Positions 25,651 through 38,113 of a stretch of 64,000 nucleotides of DNA are shown piece after piece. The position numbers and the translations under genes were made by a program. This DNA comes from Octopus vulgaris. Lineage: Eukaryota. A model generated the notes under the pieces. That model was not told the origin of the DNA and did not search any database. It worked only from the letters and a program-made list of their open reading frames with translations. Position 1 is the stretch's first letter, and the number at the start of each line of letters is the position of its first letter. The stretch is from the NCBI GenBank assembly GCA_951406725.2, contig OX597814.1:199082001-199146000 (forward strand), in the 5' to 3' direction.

Positions 25651-26862
25651 TCTAGACTCTATAGTAATGAATATACCTTGCTGTTAGCAAGATCTTAAAG
25701 GCGCTTTGCAGAGTTTCAATCCTATAGACCGTTACTGATTTCTCACCACTTGGATTTTAAATTTCCTAGTGAATGGGATTTTAGAATATATGAGGGTCCC
25801 GTCACGATACCCCTTTTTTCTGCTGTACATTACTGATTTTCGTTCCTTCGAATGAAAAACAAACAGGCAGCTTCACTGTTTACTCCACAGATACTTTACC
25901 ATTCATCATTCCATAGCTTTCTGCGTACAGACGATAGATAAACGAAACCGATACACCTCGTGCCAGATTCCATGTACTGGAGTCAAGATATACCCAAAAT
26001 GAAGTTCTCTTTACATATCAGCTACAGTGTTGTTGATACGTCCAAACATCACAGACGGTATTAAAATAAAAAAAAAAAAGAAATGTCACCGTGTTAATTA
26101 GCAAAGATTCATTTTTCGCAGGCGCCTGGACGAAAAGGCTACAAAAATGCTTGTTTTTCTCTCCACTTCTATGTTTATTTAACCTTTGTATATCAACTAG
26201 TAACTGTAAAATTCTCATCTGCTAACACCCACAAAATCCACAATCCTCTCACCTACTATCCTAGTTACAGTGAATACATCCTCATCAGGTCTTGCATTAA
26301 ACACTCTACATAATAATACTAAATTAAAGCAAAGTATTTTTCTCTACAGGTACCAGCCTACATAAGTTCAAACTCAATACCGACATTACAAAACCTCATT
26401 GGGACTACCTCACCACCTCAGTTTGATTTGATACTCTCTCTCTCTCTCTTCCTCTTTCTCTCTCTCAGCCTCCTAATAAATATTAAATATTGTTATCAAT
26501 TCCAAGTGCTACAATTTCCTATTGTATACCCCCAGAGAGATTTCGAGATAGCTGCTAATTAGAGAAGCTTGAATTTATAGCTCAATATAAACGTTTACCT
26601 ACTTCACTTATTGGACTTGATGCCCCATAATTATATTCTTCAACAGGTTTCAAATTTAGGAATTTAATATATTCGAATAGGAAATTCCATGTTGATATTG
26701 ATCACTATCAAACGTTATACAAAAGAATATATTAGAGTTTCATCAATTATGCAGCTTTGAAAGTTCTTACCTTAAATTTCAAACTTATCTAATATGTGAT
26801 AACAATATTTAGTGATTTGGCTGATCGGATTACATTTGAATTTTAGATTTATAGTTGTTATC

Positions 26863-26916
<54 letters not shown>

Positions 26917-27076
26917 CTGTGAAAACCTGTCTCTAAAACCACATCATGTATTTAATACAACACAAGGTGAAAACACAAATAGATAAATAAATAAACTAGT
27001 GAAAATTGGGTAAATCCAGAGCCTGTGTTTCTGGCTCTGTATAAAAATACTTTGTCTTTTTCAATGAAATATACCA

Positions 27077-27140
<64 letters not shown>

Positions 27141-27299
27141 CATACACAAACATACAAATACTTACGTATGCGCACGCGTATATACATATATATTCACGTA
27201 TATATACGACTAGTTCAGCTATCCGTCTAAACACCATGTGCTATATGGTCAAAATAACACCGCAGTAAATATACTGACGGAGTGAATATATATAAATTT

Positions 27300-27569
27300 C
27301 TATATAAATAAAGATAAAATCGTTATTTAAATAAAGATCAAATCAAGAAGCAGCATGGGAAGAAAAACCTTATAGGTTATAATTATATTGTTTTTTCCAC
27401 TTGTGGTGTATTAAATACATGATGTAGTGTTAGTCAGATTTTAACTACTATTTCAAGCATGGTGGTAACTCTTACATACCCGCATTTATAATTTTTAATA
27501 ATAATTATAACCTATAAGGTTTTTTCTTCCCATGCTGCCACTTGATTTAATCGCTAATTAAATAATGAT

Positions 27570-27575
<6 letters not shown>
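27300..27575. mobile_element. (TA)n-embedded element with inverted ends
   Basis: 27341-27386 is the reverse complement of 27501-27547; interior related to 26915-26965 and 34260-34670. Confidence 0.7.
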
Positions 27576-27617
<42 letters not shown>

Positions 27618-27834
27618 CAGTGTAATTTCCCCTTGTTAACAATTAACACGGAAAAAATAGATAAATAGTTATCAGGGTAGCAAAAAGTAACACAAGTAAA
27701 GTGGTTGTAACTCCTTGTTTTTAAAGGTAGAAACTTCGGGTTTACGTAGAATTTTTTGCATAATATGTGTCAGAAGCAAAACTATTTGAATTATACCTGC
27801 GTTAAACTCCATTTATTTATATATATATATATAT

Positions 27835-27998
27835 ACGATAGGCTTCTTTCAGTTTCCGCCTATCAAATCCATTTCCAAAGCTTAGGTTGGCCTGAGGCTA
27901 TAGCAGAAGACACTTGCGCAAAGTGTAACGCGGTGGGACTGAACCCGGAAGCATTTGGTTGGGAAGCAAACTTCTTACCACACAACCACACCTGCGTC
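27835..27998 (-). mobile_element. SINE family A, 5' part, diverged
   Basis: Family match. Confidence 0.8.
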
Positions 27999-29175
27999 TT
28001 GTTATTTTCCTCCAATCCTTTAATTTATTATTCACAAACCCCATTAACTAATTCTTTTCGATGTTCGCGTGAGACCCACGAAAGAACCCATTCATATTTA
28101 TGAAACGATGCAGTTTCACTGCATACGAGACATCATTTATCCGACATGACTTAGCATGAAATCCTTCTCTAACACATTCCAAATTATGACCATCCTAACC
28201 TTCTTATCTCTCATCTTCTCTCCATCTATGTTATACTCACTCTCCACCCTTCACGAACCAATTCAGTTCTTACTAGTCCTTCTGATTGTTATAACTCTAT
28301 ATTGTACTTCACTAATATCAATTAAGCAGCATATTAAATTTTTTTCAAGATGAAAGCGAAAACCTCGTTCTATTGATAACCATCGTCTGCTGTGTATATT
28401 ATACAGGCTATGTAAAAGAAGACAACACTGATTGCATTAATGTTTTCTTTCAATAGATTTCTATAACATACTGTATGTCATTTGGATAATCTGAGTCTAT
28501 GAGACTCCAGTGCATATCTGGCTTTCAAATATAACAATATAAGCAAACAGTAAGTTTTAGATAGCCATCTAACATTGATACATTGTGTGTTGTAGACAAG
28601 ATGGCTTTCGGCTAATTCTTTTCTGTGTGTGACTGTCTCAATAAAAGTGAGATTAGTGTTAATGGGGTCATCAGTTCTTTCTTTGAGTGTGAGTATTTCT
28701 ATATCAAGTGAACTGTTAATTATTGCCTCACTTATTTGCATTGTGTTGCTACTAAGATTAAAGAACTCCATTAGATAAATCAAAGCTACCATCTGCTAAG
28801 CTTGGCTTTTAGAGTAGAGATATTTCCACCAACTTACGGAACCACTTTCACTTTCGTTCGTAACTTCTATGGAAATTATTCACTGTATAACGTGTTTTAC
28901 TAACCTCTTCGACCACTTGTGCAAATACTCAATCATATTTATAGATAGCTAATCTCAATATTGCCTGTCTCTTTAGTAACGACAGATCATTTACTAAGCA
29001 GCCGAAATTAATTTTTGTCTTTACCCTCTCTGTCTCCCATTAGATAAAGTTTTATAGACAGAAATACCAATACTTGTTGTAAGCTGTAAAGTTCTTGGTC
29101 TACTACAAAATAACCAGACTTCAAAAGAGGTTATAAACCCTGATCTAAAAGTATTCCTATAGCATAAAAGTTTCA

Positions 29176-29407
29176 AGGTGGCGAGCTGGCAGAAACGTTA
29201 GCATGCCGGGCGAAATGCTTAGCAGTATTTCGTCTCTTGTTACGTTCTGAGTTCAAATTCCGCCGAGGTCGACTTTGCCTTTCATCCTTTCGGGGTCGAT
29301 AAATTAAATACCAGTTACGCACTGGGGTCGATGTAATCGACCTATTCTCTTTGTCTGTCCTTGTTTGTCCCCTCTGTGTTAAGCCCCTTGTGGGCAATAA
29401 AGAAATA
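29176..29407 (+). mobile_element. SINE family B
   Basis: Family match. Confidence 0.9.
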
Positions 29408-30486
29408 TAACATAAAAGTTTCAATAGTACTGTCTGTCTCTCTCCCCCTTTCTCTCTCTCTCCGTCCCTTTCTCCCTCCCTTGCTCGCTTGCTTCCATCT
29501 GATTGCAGATTTGCAGATTTTGAGCTCAAAGATTTGAAAAATTTTTTGAAAAATCTTCTACGAAATTAAAGTCGATTGGCTGACACAATTTTGCAGTGGA
29601 AAACCATGTGACGCCGTTTATGATTTTCTTCCTTATATGTAATATTCTTCATTATATATAACAAATTTGCTATAGTTATTTTCAAGGATGAGAAACTGAA
29701 AGGTCTTGTATGGTACAAATATGCCTGACAGTTAGCCTTAACAGTTTCATTTTAGGTACTCTTCGTACCTTTAAAACGGCGCACTGCTAAAATGGTTGTA
29801 TACCAGTTCATGGACGTCTGCTTATTTCTCAATGTCTTACAGTGATTCTCTTGTCCTTTTTAGGTAAACGATATAAATGTGACTTATGCATACAGTTAAG
29901 CCATGGTCATCTCATTGCTCATGAGACATCACATTTAAGGCCCTTTTGACTATTCACACTCTGAACAGGTGATACCTTAACGTTGCAGTTATGACAACTT
30001 CCGAACAGTATTAGGAAATACGCAGCATTTGTTTTCAGACAATCTCTGTTTTAGAACTTTTACTAATTCAGCCGACTGGCTATTAATTCAAGTTCTTGGC
30101 TATTATTAACTATGTTAATTTTAAGTTCAATATATCGTGCGTCACTTGTCTTTACAATAATCATATTTCATAATCAGTGAGAGATCTGTTGTATATACGT
30201 GACTTTGGCGAGCTGAGAGCACGAATAGCAGAAATTTAATTGGTTCTTTGTTAAAACGTGGACAACATAGTTTTATTTGGTCAGCACATTATTGAATTTT
30301 CCTGAAATTTAGTTTTAAACTCCTGCTTTTGCATTGCTGTGAAACAGCTTGCAAATGTTTAAGATATTCAATCATTTATAACCAGAAGCATGACTTCCAA
30401 ATTGTTTTCTTAGCGGCTTGGAACCCTTCAGAAGATGACTCCACTTCGTAACGCAGAATGTTTTTAGTTTGCTACTCTGTTTGGAG

Positions 30487-30790
30487 TGGAGGCGCAATGG
30501 CCCAGTGGTTAGGACAGCGGACTCGCGGTCGGAGGAGCACGGTTTCGATTCCCAGACCGGGCGTTGTGTGTGTTTATTGAGCTAAAACACCTAAAGCTCA
30601 ACGAGGCTCCGGCAGGGGGTGGTGGCGACCCCTGTTGTACTCTTTCGCCACAACTTTCTCTCACGCTCTCTTCCTGTTTCATGAGTAACGCTGCGATGGA
30701 CTGGTGTCCCGTCCAGCTGGGGGGAATACATACGCCACAGAAACCGGGAAACCGGGCCCATGAGCCTGGCTAGGCTTGAAAAGGGCGACG
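30487..30790 (+). mobile_element. SINE family C
   Basis: tRNA-like head TGGCCCAGTGGTTAGG..GGTTTCGATTCC. Confidence 0.9.
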
Positions 30791-30838
30791 TTTTTTATTT
30801 TTATTTTTTACTCTGTTGGGAGCTTTTCTCTTTAGTGA

Positions 30839-30897
<59 letters not shown>

Positions 30898-31099
30898 GAG
30901 AAATGCATAAAACAAAGCTTTTATGTTTCCAGCGCTGCGAAATATTTAGTAGATGTCATTCTGGCAGTGAGTCTATCAGGTGTACGAACAAAAAAATGTG
31001 CACGTTTAATAACTTTAAGATTTGTGGGACCAGTAGGTATGTCCCTTATTTACATTATTTACATTCGGCTGATATTTGTCCTCATCTTGTTTGTTGTTA

Positions 31100-31144
31100 A
31101 CATACAGATTTCGGCTGATATACCCTCCAGCCTTCTTCAGGTGT
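31100..31144 (-). ncRNA. HHR with degenerate stem III
   Basis: Minus strand ACAC-CTGAAGA-A-GGCTGG-AGGGTATA-TCAGCC-GAAAT-CTG. Confidence 0.55.
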
Positions 31145-31192
31145 CTTGGGGAAATTTCGAACCTGGGTTCTCATTCCTTAGGTATTTTTCGA

Positions 31193-31244
<52 letters not shown>

Positions 31245-31404
31245 GTTGTTGTTGTTGTTAGTGTTCATGTCACTGCTTGGAATCGAACTCGGAATCTTGG
31301 AGTTAGTAGCCCGCGCTCTTAACCACTACGTCATATGCCCGTGGGCGTAGTGGTTAAGCGTCGATTCCAGGCATTGACCTGAACACTATCAATAATAATA
31401 ATTT

Positions 31405-31795
31405 ATTCTTTTATTCTTTTTATTGGCCACAAGGGCTGACACACATGATTACATAAAGGGACAAAACAGGACGAAAGGTTACAAAGAGTTTTGTCCGTTT
31501 GTTAAAAAATCCGAGTAAAAACTGTATAACAATAATTATAAAACAATGAAAAACTCCCAAAAGGGGTAGGCGTTACGAAAGGTTCCTGATGGAAAAAAAC
31601 CCATAAAAGCCAACGGGAGCCTGGTCAAAAAAGGGGGGTAGAGATTCCCTTTTTTTCTTCTTTTATATTACCTTTTTGAATTACAGGCGAAACCTGAGAA
31701 CTGGTCCATTTATACTGGCCAGTCTCGCACAATTCACCCACCTTTCATAAAACTTGCTATCGGACAGCACTCTCCTCTCTAACCTCATCTTCCTA
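31405..31795 (-). mobile_element. L1/Tx1 LINE 3' end inserted in (AAT)n
   Basis: RKMRLERRVLSDSKFYERWVNCARL resembles KTKVGLEKRCLSESMFKKRRKHVARV at about 55185-55260; same GCCCTTGTGGCCAATAAA tail. Confidence 0.75.
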
Positions 31796-31858
31796 ATAAT
31801 AATAATAACATCGAAAAATGCCTTAGGGATGAGAACCCAGGTTCGAAATTTCCCCAAG

Positions 31859-31902
31859 ACACCTGAAGAACGCTGGAGGGTATACCAGCTGAAATGTTGT
31901 GT
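31859..31902 (+). ncRNA. Minimal type I HHR
   Basis: ACAC-CTGAAGA-AC-GCTGG-AGGGTATA-CCAGC-T-GAAAT-GTT|GTGT; stem I ACAC/GTGT. Confidence 0.65.
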
Positions 31903-34002
31903 TAACAACAAACAAGATGAGTACAAATATCCGTCAATTGTAAATAATGTGCATAATTCCTCATCTCTTAAATATAGAACAGGTATGTCCCTTATTTTAA
32001 GTTGTATCTTTACGGTCATCAGGCTATTTACCTAATTATTTATTTTTTCAGTTCTATATATGACACCATTTTATTCCATTGATTGTCTCTTCATAAGCTA
32101 CTCCTCCTCCTTCTGAACTCGGTATCCTTTCTGCAAGTCTAGAACTGATATTATTTTCAGATCCACAGTAATTGTATATAAAACCTCAGCAGCCAGAAAG
32201 CGGTCAATATATTTGGGATGTTGAAAATTATTTAACGCTGTAACATAACGCAAAATTTGCATAGCAGTTAATTAGAGATCTTTTGACTGGGGTAATCATT
32301 ACATCATTACATTGGTAAGCATCTAACACCGGTTCACTTCTTCAGGTGAAACTGTATGACCGTATGACCTGAAAGGGGGCTTTAGGTGTTTCTCACTTTG
32401 GTAATAATCTCCGATGTTTGCTCAGCAACAGTCAATAGTAACAACATTGTGCACCTGTCTAGCTTATTGTTCGTTGCATCAAATTAATAACCCAGGGATA
32501 TTCTACGCACTTATAGTATGACCAAAGCGTAGCATTCATTTTCTTAAGGTAGTCAAATGGTTTCGTTTTAGATTTACATTTCTTTACAAAATGGCTTCAT
32601 ATGCTGCATTCATTTGACTCTTTACCATTGTTTAGTTAAAAGCTGAACATAAAATGTATGAATGCTACCATCATTTTGGTGTTTTTGGTGCTCTCAACCA
32701 GTTTAATTTTCAAAACGCTTGTATTTCTAACCTTCATAACCGGGTCAGATTATCAGTTTCCTTTAGTTTGTGTATTACGAAAATACCTTCTACACTAATG
32801 GTCAACGTAAGGCAGCTAATTGGCCAGTTCTTAGAAATACTTTGTGATATCAATTTCTATGTTTTAATTTCAAATTTCACCATGGACAACGTTGACTTTC
32901 ACTTCTTTGGGGTCTGGAAATAAACCAGGAGAGGAATTGTCTCCACGATGCTTATTATTCTCAAGGGACTTCATATGTTACCACAGAACCCAAAGATTCA
33001 CCAGGATTTGAGAGCTCAAGAAAGGAAGGGCCATTGTGTGAAAACCCAAACTGCTAGCTAAATCGTTGAATTTATAACTACGTGTCTCTTTGCTTAGTTT
33101 TATCAAATATTCCTATGTATTTCTCCTATTTTGTTTAGTATCGAGAAATCTGTTTCTCATAATGAAAGCGAATAACTCTAAACGCATAGAAATTATCAAA
33201 ATTTTCTATGACATCAGCATATCTGTTTTACATCGCCCACCTCAGAGGCGAAACTGATATAGGTTCCGTTACTCGATTCACCAATGGTGCGTAGCAACAA
33301 CGCACTTTTGACCTTATCAGGTGATTTATCACCCAGAGACTGTAAAACAATCATTGAAAGGACGTCAGTGGACAAGTGGGTTAATATCAGATATAGCATT
33401 AAGCGCCAGGAAATTATATTCATCTACTTAGTATTTTCGTTATACAGCAGAGTCGCTTAATCAATTATTTCAGTTAAAATCTGTCAGCGCTTCACCTATC
33501 AGCCATGTTAATAACGTATTAAAGAGAAACGGAGAAGCGCCGGTGGCCTCTGTAATTCTTGTCTCAGTATTCTATAATTCAAATCAGCTGACATTTTTGA
33601 CACCGTGTTATATATCTGTGTATCATTGTTCACATCAGACAGAGCATTACATTGGAGGGCGCTATTTATTGACAACTATCACCAACTGCGCATGTATATA
33701 TAATATAACATAGCTAAGAGTTGACAACTCACATTAAATCTATTACGCCGTATGCACCTGTGTTGTTTCCAACGACCGTTAAATTGCAAGTATTTTAAAA
33801 GAGCATTAGCTATGCTGATCTCACAGGTTTCACATAGTCTGGATAGATTTGAGGCACGATCCTTCTCTCTGATCAAACGAATGTTTTAAACATCCACTTA
33901 AAAAAAGCTCAAATGTTTTAATTATGTAGTCAAATTGTATCAGGCGATTATTATCGATTGCAGAGCAGATAATAACTCAGAGAGTAATTTTATAGAATAT
34001 CT

Positions 34003-34223
34003 CTCTTTACACTTTTACTTGTTTCAGTCATTTGACTGCGGCCATGCTGGAGCACCACCTTTAGTCGAGCAAACAAACCCCAGGACTTATTCTTTGTAAG
34101 CCTAGTACTTATTCTATCGGTCTCTTTTGCCGAACCGCTAAGTTACGGGAACGTAAACACACCAGCATCGGATGTCAAGCGATGTTGGTGGGACAAACAC
34201 AGACACACAAACATATGTACACA

Positions 34224-34273
<50 letters not shown>

Positions 34274-34663
34274 AATTAGGGTATCCACGAGATACCACCA
34301 TGCTGAAAATAGCAGCCATGATCTGACTCTAAAACCACTTTAATTGCCCATATATATCAACACGGAGAGAAAACAAAGAGAGAAGATGAAACTAGTAAAA
34401 AATTATTGAATAATTCTAGATCCTGCATTTAGGAATGCTTTGCCTCCTCAGTAGAATACACACAGACAAGAAACATATACATATATATATAAATACAACA
34501 TATGAAACTTACATATACGAACGTATACCTACATATATATGCACGTATGCATCCTCGTGGATACCCTAATTTATAATTTTAATAATTATTACCTTTGAAG
34601 GTTATTTTTTCTATGCTGACCGCTTGATAAAATCGTTATTTTATTTTAAATTAACGATCTTAT

Positions 34664-34716
<53 letters not shown>

Positions 34717-34872
34717 ACGGGCTTCTTTCCGTCTACCAAATCCTCTCACAAGCCTTTGGTCGGCCCTAGGCTATAGCAGATGACACTTGCCCAAGATGCC
34801 ACGCAGTGAGAATGAACCCGGAACCATGTGGTTGATAAGCAAGCTACTTACCACACAGCCACTCCTGCGCCT
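34003..34872 (-). mobile_element. SINE family A split by an insert at 34260-34670
   Basis: 3' half at 34003-34210 and 5' half at 34715-34872. Confidence 0.85.
34413..34457 (-). ncRNA. Degenerate HHR-like motif
   Basis: Minus strand ATTCTA-CTGAGGA-GG..CC-TAAA (expected GAAA)-TGCAGG-ATC|TAGAAT; 6 bp stem I. Confidence 0.45.
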
Positions 34873-35425
34873 TTATGAATGTATTTTATGAATGTATCTT
34901 TGATATTTCCAAATGACAAGAATTTTTTTCTCCATAAAGCAGTGCTCCAGCACGGCCTTAGCCGTGATAGCTAAAACACACTAAAGAACAATAACGTACA
35001 TACTCTTTCCAGTTTCCCGAAATATTTCTCTACGTCTAAATGTCAATAGTTTTTTATGCAATAGCTTCAACTTTTATATTCAGCTCTCAAAATCATTCGT
35101 CTCACACTTTATCATTCAATTCTCTGCCGTACTGTCAAAGTCAAAATGGACGTCGTCTTTAGCCAAGTATGAGGCCACTTTCGCAGTCTACATTGTTTGT
35201 TTTGTCTTTCAAATTACCATTATCAGTTCTCATCACTTCAGCTCAGACAATAATTAGAAATCCTTTATTTCTCTTTAGTTTTCCCATGTCGCTGCCACTT
35301 ATAATTCTATTTATTAGCATTGTATTCCATTTGCATCTATTATTTGACGAGAGGACACATACAGATACATGCGCGCTCAATTTTGCTGGACCAAACTATA
35401 TGAAAGATATGATTTGTTGACGATT

Positions 35426-35476
<51 letters not shown>

Positions 35477-35991
35477 GGCTGCTGCCGTGAGTCTCCAGGA
35501 AATAAGACAGCAGCATGTACTATGGTACATGCTAATAGTTTTTGTGAACTTGTCTCAAGCAGACCTACCTATCCTCTCGGCCCACGCACGTTTTACAGCG
35601 GAACTTCCTGGGTGGGAAAACTGGGGAGAAAAGTAGCTGCTGCTATTACTACTACTGCTACTACTGTGGAGGCGCGTGGCTTAGTGGTTGGGGTGTCAGC
35701 ATCATGATCGTAAGATTGTCGTTTCGATTCCTGGACCGGGCGACGCGTTGTGTTCTTGAGCAAGATACTTCATTTCACGTTGCTCCAGTCCACTCAGCTG
35801 GCAAAAATTAGTATCGCTGCGATGGACTGCTGGGGGACACTACGCCATTGAAACCGGGAAAAAAATCTACTACTACTATCTCTGCTATTACCAGCAGTAT
35901 AATCATCACCACTGCGAATAATACTAACATTAATGCTACACCGGCTGTTATTATTGCATAAAGCCAAGTTTCATGCATTTTTGCCTGTGTT

Positions 35992-36200
35992 TCTTATTTC
36001 TTTATTGCCCACAAGGGGCTAAACATAGAGGGGACAAACAAGGACAGACAAAGGGATTAAGTCAATTACCTCAATTCCAGTGCGTAACTGGTACTTGATT
36101 TACCGACCGCGAAAGGATGAAAGGCAAAGTCGACCTCCGCGGAATTTTAACTCAGAACGTAACGGCAGACGAAATGCCGATAAGGATTTCGCCCGGCGCG
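35992..36200 (-). mobile_element. SINE family B
   Basis: Family match. Confidence 0.85.
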
Positions 36201-36689
36201 GTAGCGGAGCCTGCGTTTCCACTATATTTGCACACCTTCCCGCCAATTTTGAGAGGAAGATCACTGAATGAAAAAAGTGCTGGTTCACTAGCTAAAGGAT
36301 CAACAGTTTGTATATCACTGACATATATTCTTACTAACAATCACGAGAGTCTGTTTATCTAAATAAGAGAAGGTATTACATACTGGTAAGATTTATCTCT
36401 ATAGTCACTTATATTCGTGGACAGTTGTTGCCATAACCTTCTCAATTTTGGTTACATACACTTCGTTTTTGTTTTTGGCTTACAAGATTCTTGATGTGAA
36501 TTCATGTATTGAAACAAATTTTGTGGCATCTTGGAAATGTCATTAAGACAATAATAATGCGTGTGTTATTATTATTTGAGTAATTAAAGCAGCAAACTAG
36601 CAGAATCGTTAGAATGCCGGGCAAATGATTAGCGGCATTTCGTGTGTATTTAGGTTCTGAGTTCGATTTCCACCGAGATCGACTTTGCC

Positions 36690-37036
<347 letters not shown>

Positions 37037-37166
37037 CTCTTTATTGGAATACACTTTAATTCTGTCCTTAATTGAAAATGAATTTTTTATTATTTTCAGT
37101 TACTGCGTTTGATATAGTTTGTCTGTTGATGATATTTTATCATGAATTTTTTTTCTTCCGTTCCAG

Positions 37167-37229
37167 CTTCTTTCCAGAGCCGCGCAATGTTGACAAGAAA
37201 TTAACATCCCGTTCAATAGACCATCCTCG
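37167..37229 (+). other. Candidate 63 bp internal exon
   Basis: TTTTTTTTCTTCCGTTCCAG acceptor, CG|GTAAGT donor, one open frame FFPEPRNVDKKLTSRSIDHP. Confidence 0.35.
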
Positions 37230-37690
37230 GTAAGTATATACATTTGTTTTTTTTTTTTGTTTTTTTTGCTAAAAATATATTAGTATGTCTCAGATATTTG
37301 TATATTTTCGTAGAAATTTTGCTGGTAGTGTTTTAATGAAATGTAAATCAGTTAATGATAAACATCTGATATTTTGCAACAACATACTTTATATTCTGCA
37401 ACTGTTTATTTTATATTTTATGTGAAAACGCGTGGGTTAGTGGTTAGAGTATCTTGCTAACGGCCGTAAGTTCATGAATTCGAATCTTGGCGACGCGTTG
37501 TGTCGTAAAGCAATGCACTTAATTTCACGTTGCTCCAGTCCACTCAATTGGCAAAAATGAATTGCACCTGTACTTCAAATGGCCAGCCTTGTCTTATTTT
37601 ATGTTGTATCTCCTTGAAAACTACGAGAAGGTCACGTGTGCTTGTGGAGCGCTCAGGCGCTTGCACGTTGATTTCAAGAGCAGCCTGTTC

Positions 37691-38113
37691 GGATCTTTTC
37701 GGTTTGAACGGCAGTTTTTTCTGGCGGTGTCATATGAAATTGTCACCCATAATTATGACCCTAGAATCGATCTATTGCATTTCAATCTCTTTTAAGGTTA
37801 GGATTAGTTAGGGTTAGGGGTGGAGGAAGGATATCTTTTTTCTTCACAAACGTAAATAAACCCAATCTGTTTCTTAAACGAGGGACATATTCATACGGCA
37901 CAGAATGTTTTCACCCCAATAGACGTCATTGATTGGTTGAAATTGCAGAAATTGAATAAAAAAACAACAAATATCTTACAAACTATAGAATTTTCTCAAT
38001 AAAGGCAAGAGAAAAAGATGTTTTATAAACACATTCTACCAGTATACGAAGTTTAAAATTTTTTAGTTACCTAGAAATTATGTTAAAAACTGCCGTTGAA
38101 ACCGAAAAGATCC
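37691..38113. mobile_element. Merlin-like MITE
   Basis: TIR GGATCTTTTCGGTTTGAACGGCAGTTTTT; perfect 8 bp TSD GCCTGTTC; internal TTAGGG-like repeats; inserted in a SINE. Confidence 0.85.

Larger units (their letters stand above)
31052..31980. mobile_element. Palindromic tRNA-head + HHR element with 17 bp TSD
   Basis: AGGTATGTCCCTTATTT at 31035-31051 and 31981-31997; inverted arms, each head-(AAT)n-HHR. Confidence 0.8.

Noticed and set aside
26270-26295. CTGATGA on the minus strand as an HHR
   Set aside because: No GAAA-stem III-NUH partner found downstream.
28478-28792. hAT transposase remnant (HLVYNTQCINVRWLS resembles the VRWLS motif)
   Set aside because: One short motif only; no other support without an HMM search.
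30487-30560. tRNA genes at SINE heads
   Set aside because: No complete cloverleaf or terminator; they continue into SINE bodies.
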